From: Bdellovibrionales bacterium RIFOXYD12_FULL_39_22
GTDB taxonomy: Bacteria > Bdellovibrionota > Bacteriovoracia > Bacteriovoracales > Bacteriovoracaceae
DNA length: 60,854 nucleotides
Direction: 5' to 3'
Assembly (NCBI GenBank): GCA_001770205.1
Contig: MEQL01000004.1
Location: 1-60,854 of the forward strand
Below are positions 27,137-38,339 of this stretch, one piece after another. Under the pieces are notes generated by a model. It saw only the letters and a list, made by a program, of their open reading frames with translations. It was not told the DNA's origin and did no database searches. Every line of letters starts with the position of its first letter. Within the stretch, counting starts at the first letter, position 1. The translations under genes were made by a program, and so were the position numbers.

Positions 27137-29278
27137 TTATTTTTTCTTGTATAAAATTTTATAACGTTTTTGCAGAATAGTTTGAATCTCTTTTTCGATA
27201 TACGCTTTATCTGCCTCCAGCGTAAGTCCCGGGCCAGTAAAGCGAATGGGCAAAATTATATCTCCGATAATTCCAGATTTATCATGAAAAAACAGATCGA
27301 CAACGTTGTTAACCAACGGAGAGTTTTTGATAATTGTCTTGCCGGTGACTTCGTAGTTAGAATTTTTACCAATGATTAAGATTTTTTTTAAATTAAGAAG
27401 ATCTTTTTGAAGAAAACCTTCAGCAGTCAAAGTTTTAAAATGTTCATCAACAATTAATTGTCGATTGTTTTTATCTTTTAAAAATGGTGAAGAGGCAAAA
27501 AGTTTATCAAATTTGCTCTTTATCTCAACGCCTTTAATTTTCCCATCACGCAAAGTTAGTTTGTAATCAAAATTTATCTTAGGCCTATGGCCGGTAGAAG
27601 TTATTATGTTGCCTTTAATTGTTCCCTTGGCCATTCCCTCTAAAACATCAAAGGAAGGTGGCAGAAAGGCATTGAAAGTTTTGACGGGAATATTATTAAG
27701 CGATAGATCAACTTTATGTTCCACTTCAACTTTCTTGCTCTCTTTGGAGGTTTTCCAAGCGATAGTAGATTTCAGTTTTCCGCTACCATTTTGCATTTTG
27801 AAATCCAAGGACGGAATAGATATGTCAGAAGGAGTAATAAGTATTTTTCCGGCAAATTGAAACTCCTCTCCTTCTAATTTTAAATTACGACTTGAGAGGG
27901 AAATCTCGGAAGGAGGAAGCAGGAAGCGACTTTTGGGATGAAAAGATAAGGGAGATTTTTTTCCGGCCGAGCTAGCATAAAAAAAGCGCGAGACAGCATT
28001 TTTTTCCAGGGTAAGTCGATCAAAAAGTAAAGAGACTTTTAGCGGAGATAGTTTGAGCTTATTATTTAAAAGATCTTGTTTGGTAATGGCCGAAATGGAA
28101 AGATCTACGTTCCCAGATGGTGTTTTGTTTTGTGCTTTAATTTCAATTTTATCTCCCAAGTAACTGCCCTCAACGCTTAAATCTCCATAAGCGGTTAGAT
28201 ACTTCCACTTAAGAGGCGGAGAGAGCGCAAGGTTTAATTCTGGATTAAAGATATTGTCCCCTAATTCTAGTTTGCCGCGCAAATTAATTTTTGAAAGTGC
28301 CGCATCAGCAATAGTCCATTTAGTTCCAAACATCTCCTCAATCTCGGAAAGATATAGCTCTAGATCAATGTCAGATAATGTCGTTAACTCATCATTGATA
28401 TTGTATTTAAAACGCAAGCGATTTTTTTCGGCCACAGTGGTCGATAGTTCTCCCGAAATGGCCCCGTGTTGATCGATGGTGGCCTTTAAATTTATGACAG
28501 GTTCATTTATGATTAAAGGTTGGCCGCGCCAAAAAATATTACTTGGCCGGATAACAATAACTGGAGAGATCGTTCCATTGTTAACCAGGTCAGAAAGATT
28601 AAATTGGCCGATAATCAATGAGTCAAAAAAAAGGTTTTTTTCATTGCTTAAGGCCAAAGATACTTTTGATTCAACCTTAAAAGCGGATTCGCTGGAGAGA
28701 CTGATGTTTTTTACGGCACAGTTGGCCAAAGAGAGAACTCCATGTGAATGGTTTTTTAGGGCGTAATTGATGGATAAGTTTTTCAAGCGAAGATTAATTG
28801 AGGCGCGTGCCAGGGCACCAGGGATTAAGAGAGAGTTTTTGTCGTTGTTGTTACTATTGGCCTTGTTGCCTCGTGCTAATTTCCAGTTACTCTGCTGTTG
28901 ATCGAGTTCTCGGTAAGTGATAACGGGATTATCCACCACTACTTCCGCTTCGGCGTTAGTAGATAAAATTGAAAGAATAGAAATTTCGCTACGAAGGTTA
29001 CTTGCAGCAAAAAGATCAATTTCATTTCCGTTGTTTTTGAGATAGACCCGCATTTTCTCAATACGAACATCTACATCATCACTATAACTTACTTCGACTT
29101 TACCAATTTCCACCAACGCTTGCGGGAAAAGAGATTTCAGGCCGCGAACAATCACTTTCTCAACCTTTTTAGGGGATACTTGGGACTTTAAAAAGAAATA
29201 TCCAGAACCGATAGTGGCCAGAAAAATAATGGCAAGCACGATAGATGAAGCTGCTATAACAATTTTTTTTGCCGCCAT
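27137..29278 (-). CDS. AsmA-like membrane-anchored periplasmic protein
   Basis: N-terminal TM anchor, long beta-rich body, C-terminal LPIRFTGP motif. Confidence 0.6.
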   Translation of the reverse strand: MAAKKIVIAASSIVLAIIFLATIGSGYFFLKSQVSPKKVEKVIVRGLKSLFPQALVEIGKVEVSYSDDVDVRIEKMRVYLKNNGNEIDLFAASNLRSEISILSILSTNAEAEVVVDNPVITYRELDQQQSNWKLARGNKANSNNNDKNSLLIPGALARASINLRLKNLSINYALKNHSHGVLSLANCAVKNISLSSESAFKVESKVSLALSNEKNLFFDSLIIGQFNLSDLVNNGTISPVIVIRPSNIFWRGQPLIINEPVINLKATIDQHGAISGELSTTVAEKNRLRFKYNINDELTTLSDIDLELYLSEIEEMFGTKWTIADAALSKINLRGKLELGDNIFNPELNLALSPPLKWKYLTAYGDLSVEGSYLGDKIEIKAQNKTPSGNVDLSISAITKQDLLNNKLKLSPLKVSLLFDRLTLEKNAVSRFFYASSAGKKSPLSFHPKSRFLLPPSEISLSSRNLKLEGEEFQFAGKILITPSDISIPSLDFKMQNGSGKLKSTIAWKTSKESKKVEVEHKVDLSLNNIPVKTFNAFLPPSFDVLEGMAKGTIKGNIITSTGHRPKINFDYKLTLRDGKIKGVEIKSKFDKLFASSPFLKDKNNRQLIVDEHFKTLTAEGFLQKDLLNLKKILIIGKNSNYEVTGKTIIKNSPLVNNVVDLFFHDKSGIIGDIILPIRFTGPGLTLEADKAYIEKEIQTILQKRYKILYKKK

Positions 29279-29304
29279 TTGCACACTCAAAGACAAGATA
29301 AATA

Positions 29305-31638
29305 TTATTCAATTATTAATGGTGCAAATTTTACCATAAATTTTTTACGGGTTCCATCACTAAACTTGATTAAAACTTTTTCTTCGTTGCCTTGGCCTTC
29401 CGTTTCTATGATATGCCCCTTACCGTAGATGGCGTGGACTATTTTTGCCCCTTTAGGATATTTTGAAGTTGGTAGATGAGATGTGGACGTGGTGGTTTTG
29501 ACTTGATACGAGACTGCTGAGCTGTTTTCATCTCCGAGGGGATTTTCTTGAGAGAATTCGTGATCGCTCCAAGCATCATCTTTATTATCACTGTCGTCGC
29601 TATAATCTCGGCCCATGCGATCAAAATTTTCTTTGTAGTGTTTGCGCCAATGAAAAAGGCCGGGGGGAATTTCATTGATAAAACGAGAAGGGCCATTAAA
29701 TTTTATCTGTCCAAAAAGCATACGGGCCTGTGCAAAACAGATACAGAGCTTTTTCATGGCACGAGTCATGGCCACATAGAAGAGGCGACGCTCTTCCTCT
29801 ACCCCATTTTCGCCTTCAGTTAAGCTCATATAGCTGGGAAAAATATTCTCTTCTGCTCCTGCTAAAAAAACGTGAGAAAACTCTAGTCCCTTGGCACCAT
29901 GTACTGTCATTAGGGAAACCTCTCCAGTTGATTGTGGATGTAGAAGAGAATTTTCCTCATCAGTGGGGGTGGCAGAGTCAAGTGTAATTGTTTCTAAAAA
30001 TCCAGAAAGAGAGGCATGGGCCCGATTGGCCGACTCATATTGAGAGATGGCGGAGGACAATTCCTGGAGATTTTCCACTCTAGATAGAGACTCATAATCT
30101 TTGCTGGCCTTCATTTGATCTAGATAACCTGACTCATTTAGTATTTTTTCATAGATGGTTTTTGGAGAGATATTGCTATGTTCAAGTAATTTCGCTTCAC
30201 AAATTATGGAGACAAAAGAAGAGAGGGCCGATTTTATTTTAGGCGTTAAGCGTAGTTCTAAATATTTTTCGGGATTGTTGACTAAATCTTCAACTAATTC
30301 CCATAGAGAAAATTTGGTCCTTACCGCCTCTTGCTCTAATTTGCGCAAAGATGTTGCCCCAAGACCTCGTGTTGGTACGTTGATAATGCGGGCCAAGGCG
30401 AGAGAATCTTTCGGATTAACAATAAGACGTAGATAGGCCAACATATCTTTTATCTCTTTACGTTCGTAAAATTTAACTCCGCCAACTACTCGATAGGGAA
30501 TTTTTCTTTTCCGCAGATTGTCTTCAAATAAGCGTGACTGCGAATTGGTGCGGTAGAAGATGGCAATTTCATCAGAGCGTACTCCACTTTTAATTAGTTT
30601 GCTAACGGAGTCAGTAATATATTCGCTCTCCTGTTTGTCATTGTAGCATTCTACCACTTCAATAGAATCGCCGGCCGGATTTTGTGTCCACATAGTTTTG
30701 CCCTTGCGCATTTCATTGCGAGCAATAACACAAGAGGCCGCTTCAATAATAGTTTTGGAAGAGCGATAGTTTTGTTCTAGTTTTAAAGTCAAAACGGTAG
30801 GAAAAATTTTTTCAAAATCCAAGATATTACGAATATCTGCTCCTCGCCAAGAATAGATGGATTGATCTTCATCTCCCACCACGCAAATATTTTGGTGTTT
30901 GGCGGAAAGCATTTGGATTAGGGCAAATTGTGCACGATTGGTATCTTGATATTCATCAACCAGGAGATATCGAAAGCGTTCTTGGTAATGCTGCAATACT
31001 TTGGGATAGGTTTCAAAAAGTTCAATGACCGCAGTAATTAGGCCGCCAAAATCAAGAGCATTGGCCTTTTGTAGTTCTGCTTCATAGTCGGCATAGTAGT
31101 GATAAAAATTTTCTTGTTCATCTATGATAAAACTATCTAAAGAAAAAAGAGCTTGTCGATTTGGATTGTTTTTGCGCTTTATGTAGTACCCATTGTTTTT
31201 TATGTTTTCGATATAACCAATGACTTCGTAAGGAGAAAGTTCTTTCGTGGTCAGGCCCTGTCGGCCAATTAAATTTTTTACGATGGCCTTGGATTCGCCT
31301 TCGTCATAAATGGTGAAGTTTTTACTCAGGCCTAAATAGTGTGATTCTGTTCGTAAAAGTTGGGCGCAGAAAGCGTGAAAAGTGGTAATTTTTAATGTTC
31401 CAATATCGACATTTACATCGCGGGCCACACGTTCTCGCATTTCCTTGGCCGCTTTATTTGAGAAAGTTAAGGCCAGAAGTTGATGAGGACTCAGATCTTT
31501 TTCGGAAAGCAGATAAGAAATGCGAGTAACCAGAGTACGAGTTTTTCCAGATCCGGCACCGGCCAAAATCATCACGGGCCCTTCAGTTTTCACTACTGCT
31601 TCTTGTTGGGCCGGATTAAGGGAGGAAAGTGAGATCAT
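29305..31638 (-). CDS. uvrD: ATP-dependent DNA helicase UvrD/PcrA
   Basis: LAGAGSGKT, VDEYQDTN, VGDEDQSIYSWRGA, LMTVHGAKGLEF and EEERRLFYVAMTRA motifs; C-terminal Tudor-like domain. Confidence 0.95.
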   Translation of the reverse strand: MISLSSLNPAQQEAVVKTEGPVMILAGAGSGKTRTLVTRISYLLSEKDLSPHQLLALTFSNKAAKEMRERVARDVNVDIGTLKITTFHAFCAQLLRTESHYLGLSKNFTIYDEGESKAIVKNLIGRQGLTTKELSPYEVIGYIENIKNNGYYIKRKNNPNRQALFSLDSFIIDEQENFYHYYADYEAELQKANALDFGGLITAVIELFETYPKVLQHYQERFRYLLVDEYQDTNRAQFALIQMLSAKHQNICVVGDEDQSIYSWRGADIRNILDFEKIFPTVLTLKLEQNYRSSKTIIEAASCVIARNEMRKGKTMWTQNPAGDSIEVVECYNDKQESEYITDSVSKLIKSGVRSDEIAIFYRTNSQSRLFEDNLRKRKIPYRVVGGVKFYERKEIKDMLAYLRLIVNPKDSLALARIINVPTRGLGATSLRKLEQEAVRTKFSLWELVEDLVNNPEKYLELRLTPKIKSALSSFVSIICEAKLLEHSNISPKTIYEKILNESGYLDQMKASKDYESLSRVENLQELSSAISQYESANRAHASLSGFLETITLDSATPTDEENSLLHPQSTGEVSLMTVHGAKGLEFSHVFLAGAEENIFPSYMSLTEGENGVEEERRLFYVAMTRAMKKLCICFAQARMLFGQIKFNGPSRFINEIPPGLFHWRKHYKENFDRMGRDYSDDSDNKDDAWSDHEFSQENPLGDENSSAVSYQVKTTTSTSHLPTSKYPKGAKIVHAIYGKGHIIETEGQGNEEKVLIKFSDGTRKKFMVKFAPLIIE

Positions 31639-31655
31639 TGGCCATCACCTCTAGA

Positions 31656-33503
31656 TCATTCTACTGTAACAGACTTTGCCAGGTTTCTGGGTTTATCAAT
31701 ATCTGTGCCTTTAAATTTTGCGACGTAATAGGAGAAAAGCTGGCTTACAACATTAGCATAGAGAGGAATTAATTCGTCGAGGCCTTCGTAGTTCATGGGA
31801 ATATAGTAATTGCTAATTTCTTGTAAATGGTGATCATTGGCCGGACCGATGGTAACAATAATTCCGCGACGGGCCTTGATCTCTTGAATATTGGAGACGG
31901 TTTTTTCATAAAGCTTGGGAGTAACAATGGCCAAGTTAACCATCATTTCATCAATGAGCGCAATTGGTCCATGCTTTAATTCTCCTGCTGCGTAGCCTTC
32001 GGCGTGGACGTAAGCAATTTCTTTTAATTTCAATGCTCCCTCTAGTGCTACGGGGAAATCATCACCCCGGCCAGTGAAGATAAAACCTTTGTAGTTATAT
32101 ATTTCTTCGGCAATTGCCTGAATCTGGTCGGCACTACGGAGTAGTTCTTCGATGCGATCAGCGAGCAAATTAAATTTATCAAAGATAGCACTATTAATTT
32201 TCTTGCTTTGAATAACATCACCAAACATGCGTCCGGTTAATGCTTGCAAAGTAAAGGCCTTGGTGCTGGCCACTCCAATTTCCATTCCGGCCTGAATAAG
32301 TAGCGATTCGTTGGCATTGCGATGAAGGGTAGATCCTTCAACATTAACGATTGCTAACGTTTTAATTTTTTGTTCTAGACATAGATCTAGGGCGGCCAGG
32401 GTGTCGGCCGTTTCGCCAGACTGGCTGATGAAAATGGCCAAATCCTCAGGAGAAAGAATAGGATTTTTATAGCGGAACTCAGAGGCCAACTCAATTACGC
32501 AAGGAATGCGATTAAATCTTTCCAGAAAGTTTTTAATAACCAGGCCGGCATGCCAAGCAGTACCACAGGCAGAAATGTGAATTTGCTTAGGATGGTGATG
32601 GGCAATTTTTTGCAAAAGTAGTTGCCCGTTGCCATGTAGGTAGTAGTTCGAGAGGGTACGAATGCGCTCGGGTTGTTCAAAAATCTCCTTGAGCATATAG
32701 TGCTCAAAAGCACCTTTTTCAGAGACCTGCATAGAAATTTCTTGATCGCGGCTGGCCACCTTGGAGGAGGGCCTTCCTTCAAGATCAAAAAAACGAATTT
32801 GAGAATTCTGACGATTAAGTACACACAAAATGCCATCGTCAGGAAAAAAAACTTTATCGGCCATTCCTACCAGAGCATATGGATCGGAGGAGACGAAAAG
32901 TTCACGTGAGCGTTGATTGGTTCCGCAAACTAGAGGTGCCCCCTTTTTAAGAGCGTACAAAGTGTTGTCATCGGTGGTTTGGATCACAAAGGCAGAATTT
33001 CCCTTGATACGCTTGAAGGCATTTAAAATGGCCTGCATATAATCTGCTTTTTTGCTACTTTTTGCTTGATAGAGTTCATGTAGTAGCAATCCTAGAAATA
33101 CTTCCGAGTCAGTTTGAGATTTGAAATTTATCCCTGAATCGATTAATTCCTTTTTAAGAATTGGGGCGTTCTCAATAATCCCGTTGTGGACAATAGCGAT
33201 GGAGTATTCATCGTCCACGGCCATAGAGTCACTAATGTGTGGGTGGGCATTGGTGTCGTTCACCTCTCCATGGGTTGCCCAGCGGGTATGGCCAATAGTG
33301 GTGTTGGAAGTGGGGTGTATTTCGCTAACAATATTGCGTAAATTTTCTAGTTTCCCGGCCTTTTTAAAAACGGCCAAGCGCCCATTAGCACCTAAAACGC
33401 TAATGCCGGCGGAGTCATAACCGCGATATTCCAGGCGGCGTAGCCCCTCTAAAACAATATTAATACCATTTTGCGGGCCGAGATATCCAACGATTCCACA
33501 CAT
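31656..33503 (-). CDS. glmS: glutamine-fructose-6-phosphate aminotransferase
   Basis: MCGIVG, EYRGYDSAG, GHTRWATHG, SQSGETADT and KPRNLAKSVTVE motifs. Confidence 0.98.
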   Translation of the reverse strand: MCGIVGYLGPQNGINIVLEGLRRLEYRGYDSAGISVLGANGRLAVFKKAGKLENLRNIVSEIHPTSNTTIGHTRWATHGEVNDTNAHPHISDSMAVDDEYSIAIVHNGIIENAPILKKELIDSGINFKSQTDSEVFLGLLLHELYQAKSSKKADYMQAILNAFKRIKGNSAFVIQTTDDNTLYALKKGAPLVCGTNQRSRELFVSSDPYALVGMADKVFFPDDGILCVLNRQNSQIRFFDLEGRPSSKVASRDQEISMQVSEKGAFEHYMLKEIFEQPERIRTLSNYYLHGNGQLLLQKIAHHHPKQIHISACGTAWHAGLVIKNFLERFNRIPCVIELASEFRYKNPILSPEDLAIFISQSGETADTLAALDLCLEQKIKTLAIVNVEGSTLHRNANESLLIQAGMEIGVASTKAFTLQALTGRMFGDVIQSKKINSAIFDKFNLLADRIEELLRSADQIQAIAEEIYNYKGFIFTGRGDDFPVALEGALKLKEIAYVHAEGYAAGELKHGPIALIDEMMVNLAIVTPKLYEKTVSNIQEIKARRGIIVTIGPANDHHLQEISNYYIPMNYEGLDELIPLYANVVSQLFSYYVAKFKGTDIDKPRNLAKSVTVE

Positions 33504-33657
33504 GTTTTAATCCCCTAGATAAAGTAAAGAGCTGACGATAACATTGGGAATGCGATCTTTCCATCCCCTTCGGCCCTTTTGGATAGAGAAATTATGCGAC
33601 ATCGATGAGGAATATTGTCCGAAAAAAGTCCGTGAAATAGAATATGGTCAAGAAGGA

Positions 33658-35061
33658 TTATTTTTTCCCTTTAAGAAAGCGACTCGCCATTCCATCCTTG
33701 GTGATTTGCTTTCCGCGAGAGATGGCAAAGGCACCATCTTTCATGGGAGAAGTTATGGTGGAGCCACTGGCCACAAAACAGTTATCGCCAATTTCTACCG
33801 GCGCAACAGTTTGTGAATCAGAACCGATAAAGCAATTTTTTCCAATTTTGGTCACATGTTTATTTACACCATCATAGTTGCAGGTGATAAAACCACAACC
33901 AATGTTACTATTTTCTCCAATCTCGGCGTCACCTACGTAACTCAGATGGCTGACTTTTGTTCCGTGCTCGAGCTTGGATTTTTTGATTTCTACAAAATTT
34001 CCGACTTTGGCCTCACTACCAATATTGGCACCAGGGCGAAGATGAGCAAATGGCCCGATCGCTGCCTCACTTTCGATAATGGAGTCTTCTAGCACGGAAT
34101 AAGGTTTGATCTTTACGCCGTTAGCAATTTGGCAATTTTTAATAACACTACCGGCACTAATAATTGCATTTTCTCCAATGGTTGTTTTGCCTTCAATGAT
34201 GACGTTGGGATATATTGTAGTTCCTTTTTTTACTTGTACCGTTTGATCGATATAGGTGCAGGCCGAATCAATAAAGCGAACACCACTGGAGCTTAGACTT
34301 CCATTAATTTCTTGACGAAGATGTCCATGTACAACTTCTAGATCGCGGAGAGTGTTTACTCCTAAAAATTTAAATCCATCATTAAAGAGTAGCGGGAGTA
34401 CACGATAATTATCCTTGAAGATGTCAGTTAAATAAAATTCTCGAGCTTTATTGTCGCTCTTTATGTTCTTTAAATGGCCGATAAGAAAGTCGGTTTTTGC
34501 TACATAAAAACCTGAGTTAACTTCAGTAATATTGCGAATGGAGTCGCTAGCATCTTTTTCTTCGACAATGGAAAATCCCAAATTACCTTTTTGATTTCGA
34601 AGAATTCGTCCATAACCGTGTGGGTTAGGAGCGATAAATGATGCCGCCACGGCCTCTAAATTTTTAGTTTTCATTACTTCAAAAAGTTTTTGAAGATCAC
34701 TTTCTCTGATTAAGGGGGTATCGGCACATAAAATTATAGTATATTCGTGTATGGAAGCGTTTTTATTTTGAGAAAAATAGGCATTGACGGCATCGGCCGT
34801 GCCTAGTTGCTTTTCTTGAATAACAAAATTTAAGTTTTGATGAGTGGAGCGCAGGTAGGATTCTACCTCTTCTTTTCGATGGCCAAGCACCAGCGTAATT
34901 TCCCCTAACAAGCCACTACTTTTTATAAATTTTTGGGACTCCATTATAGGATAATCGACAATTTTAAATCCTGCCAAGGGAGCGAGCGCCTTAGGAAGAT
35001 CTAAGTGTAAACGGGTTCCCTGGCCGGCCGCTAAAATTACAACGCCTATACTGTTTTTCAT
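33658..35061 (-). CDS. glmU: bifunctional UDP-GlcNAc pyrophosphorylase / glucosamine-1-phosphate acetyltransferase
   Basis: VILAAGQGTR, QLGTADAV, GPFAHLRPG, HLSYVGDA and ITCNYDG motifs; ATG 35061. Confidence 0.97.
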   Translation of the reverse strand: MKNSIGVVILAAGQGTRLHLDLPKALAPLAGFKIVDYPIMESQKFIKSSGLLGEITLVLGHRKEEVESYLRSTHQNLNFVIQEKQLGTADAVNAYFSQNKNASIHEYTIILCADTPLIRESDLQKLFEVMKTKNLEAVAASFIAPNPHGYGRILRNQKGNLGFSIVEEKDASDSIRNITEVNSGFYVAKTDFLIGHLKNIKSDNKAREFYLTDIFKDNYRVLPLLFNDGFKFLGVNTLRDLEVVHGHLRQEINGSLSSSGVRFIDSACTYIDQTVQVKKGTTIYPNVIIEGKTTIGENAIISAGSVIKNCQIANGVKIKPYSVLEDSIIESEAAIGPFAHLRPGANIGSEAKVGNFVEIKKSKLEHGTKVSHLSYVGDAEIGENSNIGCGFITCNYDGVNKHVTKIGKNCFIGSDSQTVAPVEIGDNCFVASGSTITSPMKDGAFAISRGKQITKDGMASRFLKGKK

Positions 35062-35224
35062 CTGATTTCCTTTTTTTTGTGTTCCCCTATTTAATTGGTC
35101 AACATTTGTAAATATAAAAGACACTCTTCAACAAAAAGAAGCGAACTTTTGTGGAAAACCACCAATAATAGAGTGCAATCATCAAGGTATCAAACTTTGT
35201 TTGCAAAAAAAATAATAAAAACTT

Positions 35225-35252
35225 TAAAGAGTTAACAAATTTTTCCCGATGG
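35225..35252 (+). promoter_or_regulatory. putative sigma28-type promoter of lon
   Basis: TAAAG-N15-CCCGATGG. Confidence 0.4.
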
Positions 35253-35296
35253 TTAAGTGAGACAATGAATACCAGCATCCAAGTTGGAGGAAGAAT

Positions 35297-37720
35297 ATGG
35301 TAACGAACTACGAAGGTGACAACATTGAATTCAAAGAAGAACTCCCGCTGTTACCCATTAGAGACATTGTACTTTATCCATTCATGATTGTTCCCTTATT
35401 TGTTGGCCGAGAGGCATCAATTCAGGCAGTTGATTACGCTATTGCGCACACAGATAGGCTTATCATCCTTTCTAGTCAGAAAGATATTCGAGCGGAGACG
35501 CCTCGTCCCTCCGAAATCTATGAACTAGGTACGGTGGCAATGATTATGCGTATGCGCAAATTGCCGGATGGACGGGTAAAGATTTTAATTCAAGGTTTAT
35601 CTAAGGCCCGAATTACAGAATTCAAACAAACTGAGCCTTTTTTTATAACGAAGATCACTAAGGTTGAAGATGTGGAAAGTGAGGCCAATAGTGTTGCCGT
35701 CAATGCGATGATGCGCACAGTGCGTGGCAATTTAGAACGAGTGGTAAATAGTGGTAATGTTTTGTCGCCAGATATATTAATGGTGCTAGAAGATATTCAA
35801 TCGCCTGGACGATTGGCCGATCTAATTGCTTCAAATCTAAATTTACCAGCACAAGAGGCACAAATTATTTTAGAGACGCTGGATCCTATTGAACGCTTAA
35901 ATCGTATCAATGATATTTTGACGCGCGAACTTGAAATAATTTCAATGCAAAATAAGATGAAGAGTGCAGCAAAAGAAGAAATTTCAAAATCGCAGAAAGA
36001 GTATTTTTTGCGAGAGCAAATCAAGGCCATAAAAAATGAATTAGGGGATGATGCGGAGGCCGCGACTGATGATGAATTTACCGAGCTAAAAGAGAAGATT
36101 AAGTTGGCCAAAATGCCAGAAGAGACAGAGAAGGAAGCCTTTAAGCAGTTATCTCGCTTAGAAAAAATGCATCCAGATTCTTCTGAGTCAGGAATTGTTC
36201 GAAATTATCTTGAGTGGTTGGTTGATCTTCCTTGGTCGGTATCCAGCGAAGAAGTAATAGATTTGGAAGAGGCCCGAAAAATTTTAGATGAAGATCACTT
36301 TGATTTGCATAAAGTTAAAGAACGTATTTTAGAGTTTCTGGCGGTAAGAAAATTAAAAGGCGACGCAATGAAAGGGCCCATTCTTTGTTTTTCTGGCCCT
36401 CCAGGTGTTGGCAAAACATCATTAGGAAAATCTATTGCTCGGGCCACTGGCCGCAAGTTTGTTCGCATAAGTTTAGGTGGAGTAAAAGATGAGGCGGAGA
36501 TCCGAGGCCATCGTCGCACCTATGTTGGATCTATGCCGGGAAGATTTATTCAGGCATTAAAACAGGTTAAGAGCAAGAATCCAGTTATATTGCTTGATGA
36601 GGTAGATAAAATTGGAGGAGATTTTAAGGGAGATCCTTCGAGTGCGCTGTTAGAGGTTTTAGATCCTGAGCAAAATAACAATTTTCGTGATCACTATCTG
36701 AATGTGCCTTTTGATTTATCAACAGTGCTTTTTATTGCTACCGCCAACGTATTGGAAGATATTCCGGCCCCGTTGCGAGATCGAATGGAAATTATTTCGC
36801 TCTCTGGATACACACAAGAAGAGAAAGTTGCCATTAGTAAAAAATATCTTATTCCTAAGCAGATGACAGAAAATGGTATTGGGGAAGAGCATATTGAAAT
36901 TTCAGATAACAGTGTCAGTGACGTGATAAAGTACTTTACCTCAGAGGCCGGATTGCGAGGATTGGAGAAACAGATTGGGGCCTTGTGTCGTAAAGTGGCA
37001 ATGAAAATTGCCCAGGGATTAATGGGAAAAACGCATATTTTGCCTGAGCATATCGAAAAATATTTGGGCCCACCCATTTATTCTGATGAAGATGCACTGG
37101 CCAGTGATGAGATCGGAGTTACCAATGGCCTGGCCTGGACCGCCGCTGGGGGGCACGTAATGCATGTAGAGGCCACCGATATGATGGGCAAGGGCCTTAC
37201 CCTCACTGGTAAATTAGGTGAGGTTATGAAGGAGTCGGCCATGACGGCCGTTGGACATATTCGTAGCAATGCTGCCGAATATGGAATTGATGAGAGCTAT
37301 TTTGATAAACATGAGATTCATATTCACGTGCCGGCCGGAGCTGTTCCTAAAGATGGGCCGAGCGCTGGAATCACCCTGGCCACCACCATTGTTTCACTTC
37401 TGACAAAGTTGCCTGTAGATAAGCAGATTGCAATGACGGGAGAGATTACATTGACCGGAAAAGTTTTGCCAATTGGTGGAATAAAAGAAAAGGCCCTGGC
37501 GGCCATGCGGTTGAATATAACGACAATCATCATTCCGTGGAAAAATATTAAAGACTTGGTAGATATTCCAGAAGAGTATCGTCAAAAGATAACTTTTATT
37601 CCGGTAAAACATGTGAGCGAAGTTTTAAAGATTGCGTTAATTGGCTGGGAAGAGCGTGCGGCCAAAGTTAAGCGCAAACAAGGAAAAATCCAATCGGCGC
37701 TACCTCCAGTAGCAGCTTAA
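35297..37720 (+). CDS. lon: ATP-dependent protease La
   Basis: LON N-domain, GPPGVGKTS Walker A, PKDGPSAG catalytic Ser and GGIKEK; GGAGGA RBS. Confidence 0.98.
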   Translation: MVTNYEGDNIEFKEELPLLPIRDIVLYPFMIVPLFVGREASIQAVDYAIAHTDRLIILSSQKDIRAETPRPSEIYELGTVAMIMRMRKLPDGRVKILIQGLSKARITEFKQTEPFFITKITKVEDVESEANSVAVNAMMRTVRGNLERVVNSGNVLSPDILMVLEDIQSPGRLADLIASNLNLPAQEAQIILETLDPIERLNRINDILTRELEIISMQNKMKSAAKEEISKSQKEYFLREQIKAIKNELGDDAEAATDDEFTELKEKIKLAKMPEETEKEAFKQLSRLEKMHPDSSESGIVRNYLEWLVDLPWSVSSEEVIDLEEARKILDEDHFDLHKVKERILEFLAVRKLKGDAMKGPILCFSGPPGVGKTSLGKSIARATGRKFVRISLGGVKDEAEIRGHRRTYVGSMPGRFIQALKQVKSKNPVILLDEVDKIGGDFKGDPSSALLEVLDPEQNNNFRDHYLNVPFDLSTVLFIATANVLEDIPAPLRDRMEIISLSGYTQEEKVAISKKYLIPKQMTENGIGEEHIEISDNSVSDVIKYFTSEAGLRGLEKQIGALCRKVAMKIAQGLMGKTHILPEHIEKYLGPPIYSDEDALASDEIGVTNGLAWTAAGGHVMHVEATDMMGKGLTLTGKLGEVMKESAMTAVGHIRSNAAEYGIDESYFDKHEIHIHVPAGAVPKDGPSAGITLATTIVSLLTKLPVDKQIAMTGEITLTGKVLPIGGIKEKALAAMRLNITTIIIPWKNIKDLVDIPEEYRQKITFIPVKHVSEVLKIALIGWEERAAKVKRKQGKIQSALPPVAA

Positions 37721-37745
37721 GCTAATTATTTTATTTCATGAAAAG

Positions 37746-38198
37746 TTAAAGTTGAAATTGTTCTACTTCAATTCCGCTTTTTGTTAAAATTTCCAGGCCC
37801 TCTTTTAGGCGATAGGGTTCGCTGTAGTATACTTTCTTTACCCCACCCTTATTCACCATTCGCTTGGCACAATAAGAACATGGTTGGTGAGTTACGAAAA
37901 TGATTTTTGGTGTTTCGGCCCCGCCGTTGGTTTTTAATAGAGCGTTATCTTCCGCATGCAGACATCCGCAATTTCCCGGTTCTTCAGAATCACACTTGTT
38001 TGGTAGGCCAGCGGCATTTCCATTATAGCCAATTCCGTAGACACGAGAAAAATCATCAGAGACCACCACCGCCCCTACTTTCAAGCGCGAACAAGTGGAG
38101 CGAGAGGCCAAATCAAAGGCAAATTTCATATAGATCTCTTTAAAGCTTATGCGATGGCAGTTTGAGGTGGCCGGGGCCGAAACAGTAGTATCCGACAT
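37746..38198 (-). CDS. dCMP/cytidine deaminase (ComEB-like)
   Basis: RSTCSRLKVGAV, GYNG, HAEDNA and PCSYC zinc-binding motifs. Confidence 0.9.
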   Translation of the reverse strand: MSDTTVSAPATSNCHRISFKEIYMKFAFDLASRSTCSRLKVGAVVVSDDFSRVYGIGYNGNAAGLPNKCDSEEPGNCGCLHAEDNALLKTNGGAETPKIIFVTHQPCSYCAKRMVNKGGVKKVYYSEPYRLKEGLEILTKSGIEVEQFQL

Positions 38199-38339
38199 TT
38201 TTAATCTCCCTTTGAGTGTCTATGAATCAGCTTTTGCCTGTATAGAACAAAGTAGAAAAAAATATAAAATAGAAGAGAGCTATTTAACAGAAAATTTTTA
38301 TAATTTTTTGTTACCCTCTTTGATGAAAGGATTTTACTG

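Noticed and set aside
33504..33657. glmS ribozyme
   Set aside because: Conserved AGCGCC...GACGAGG core not found on the coding strand
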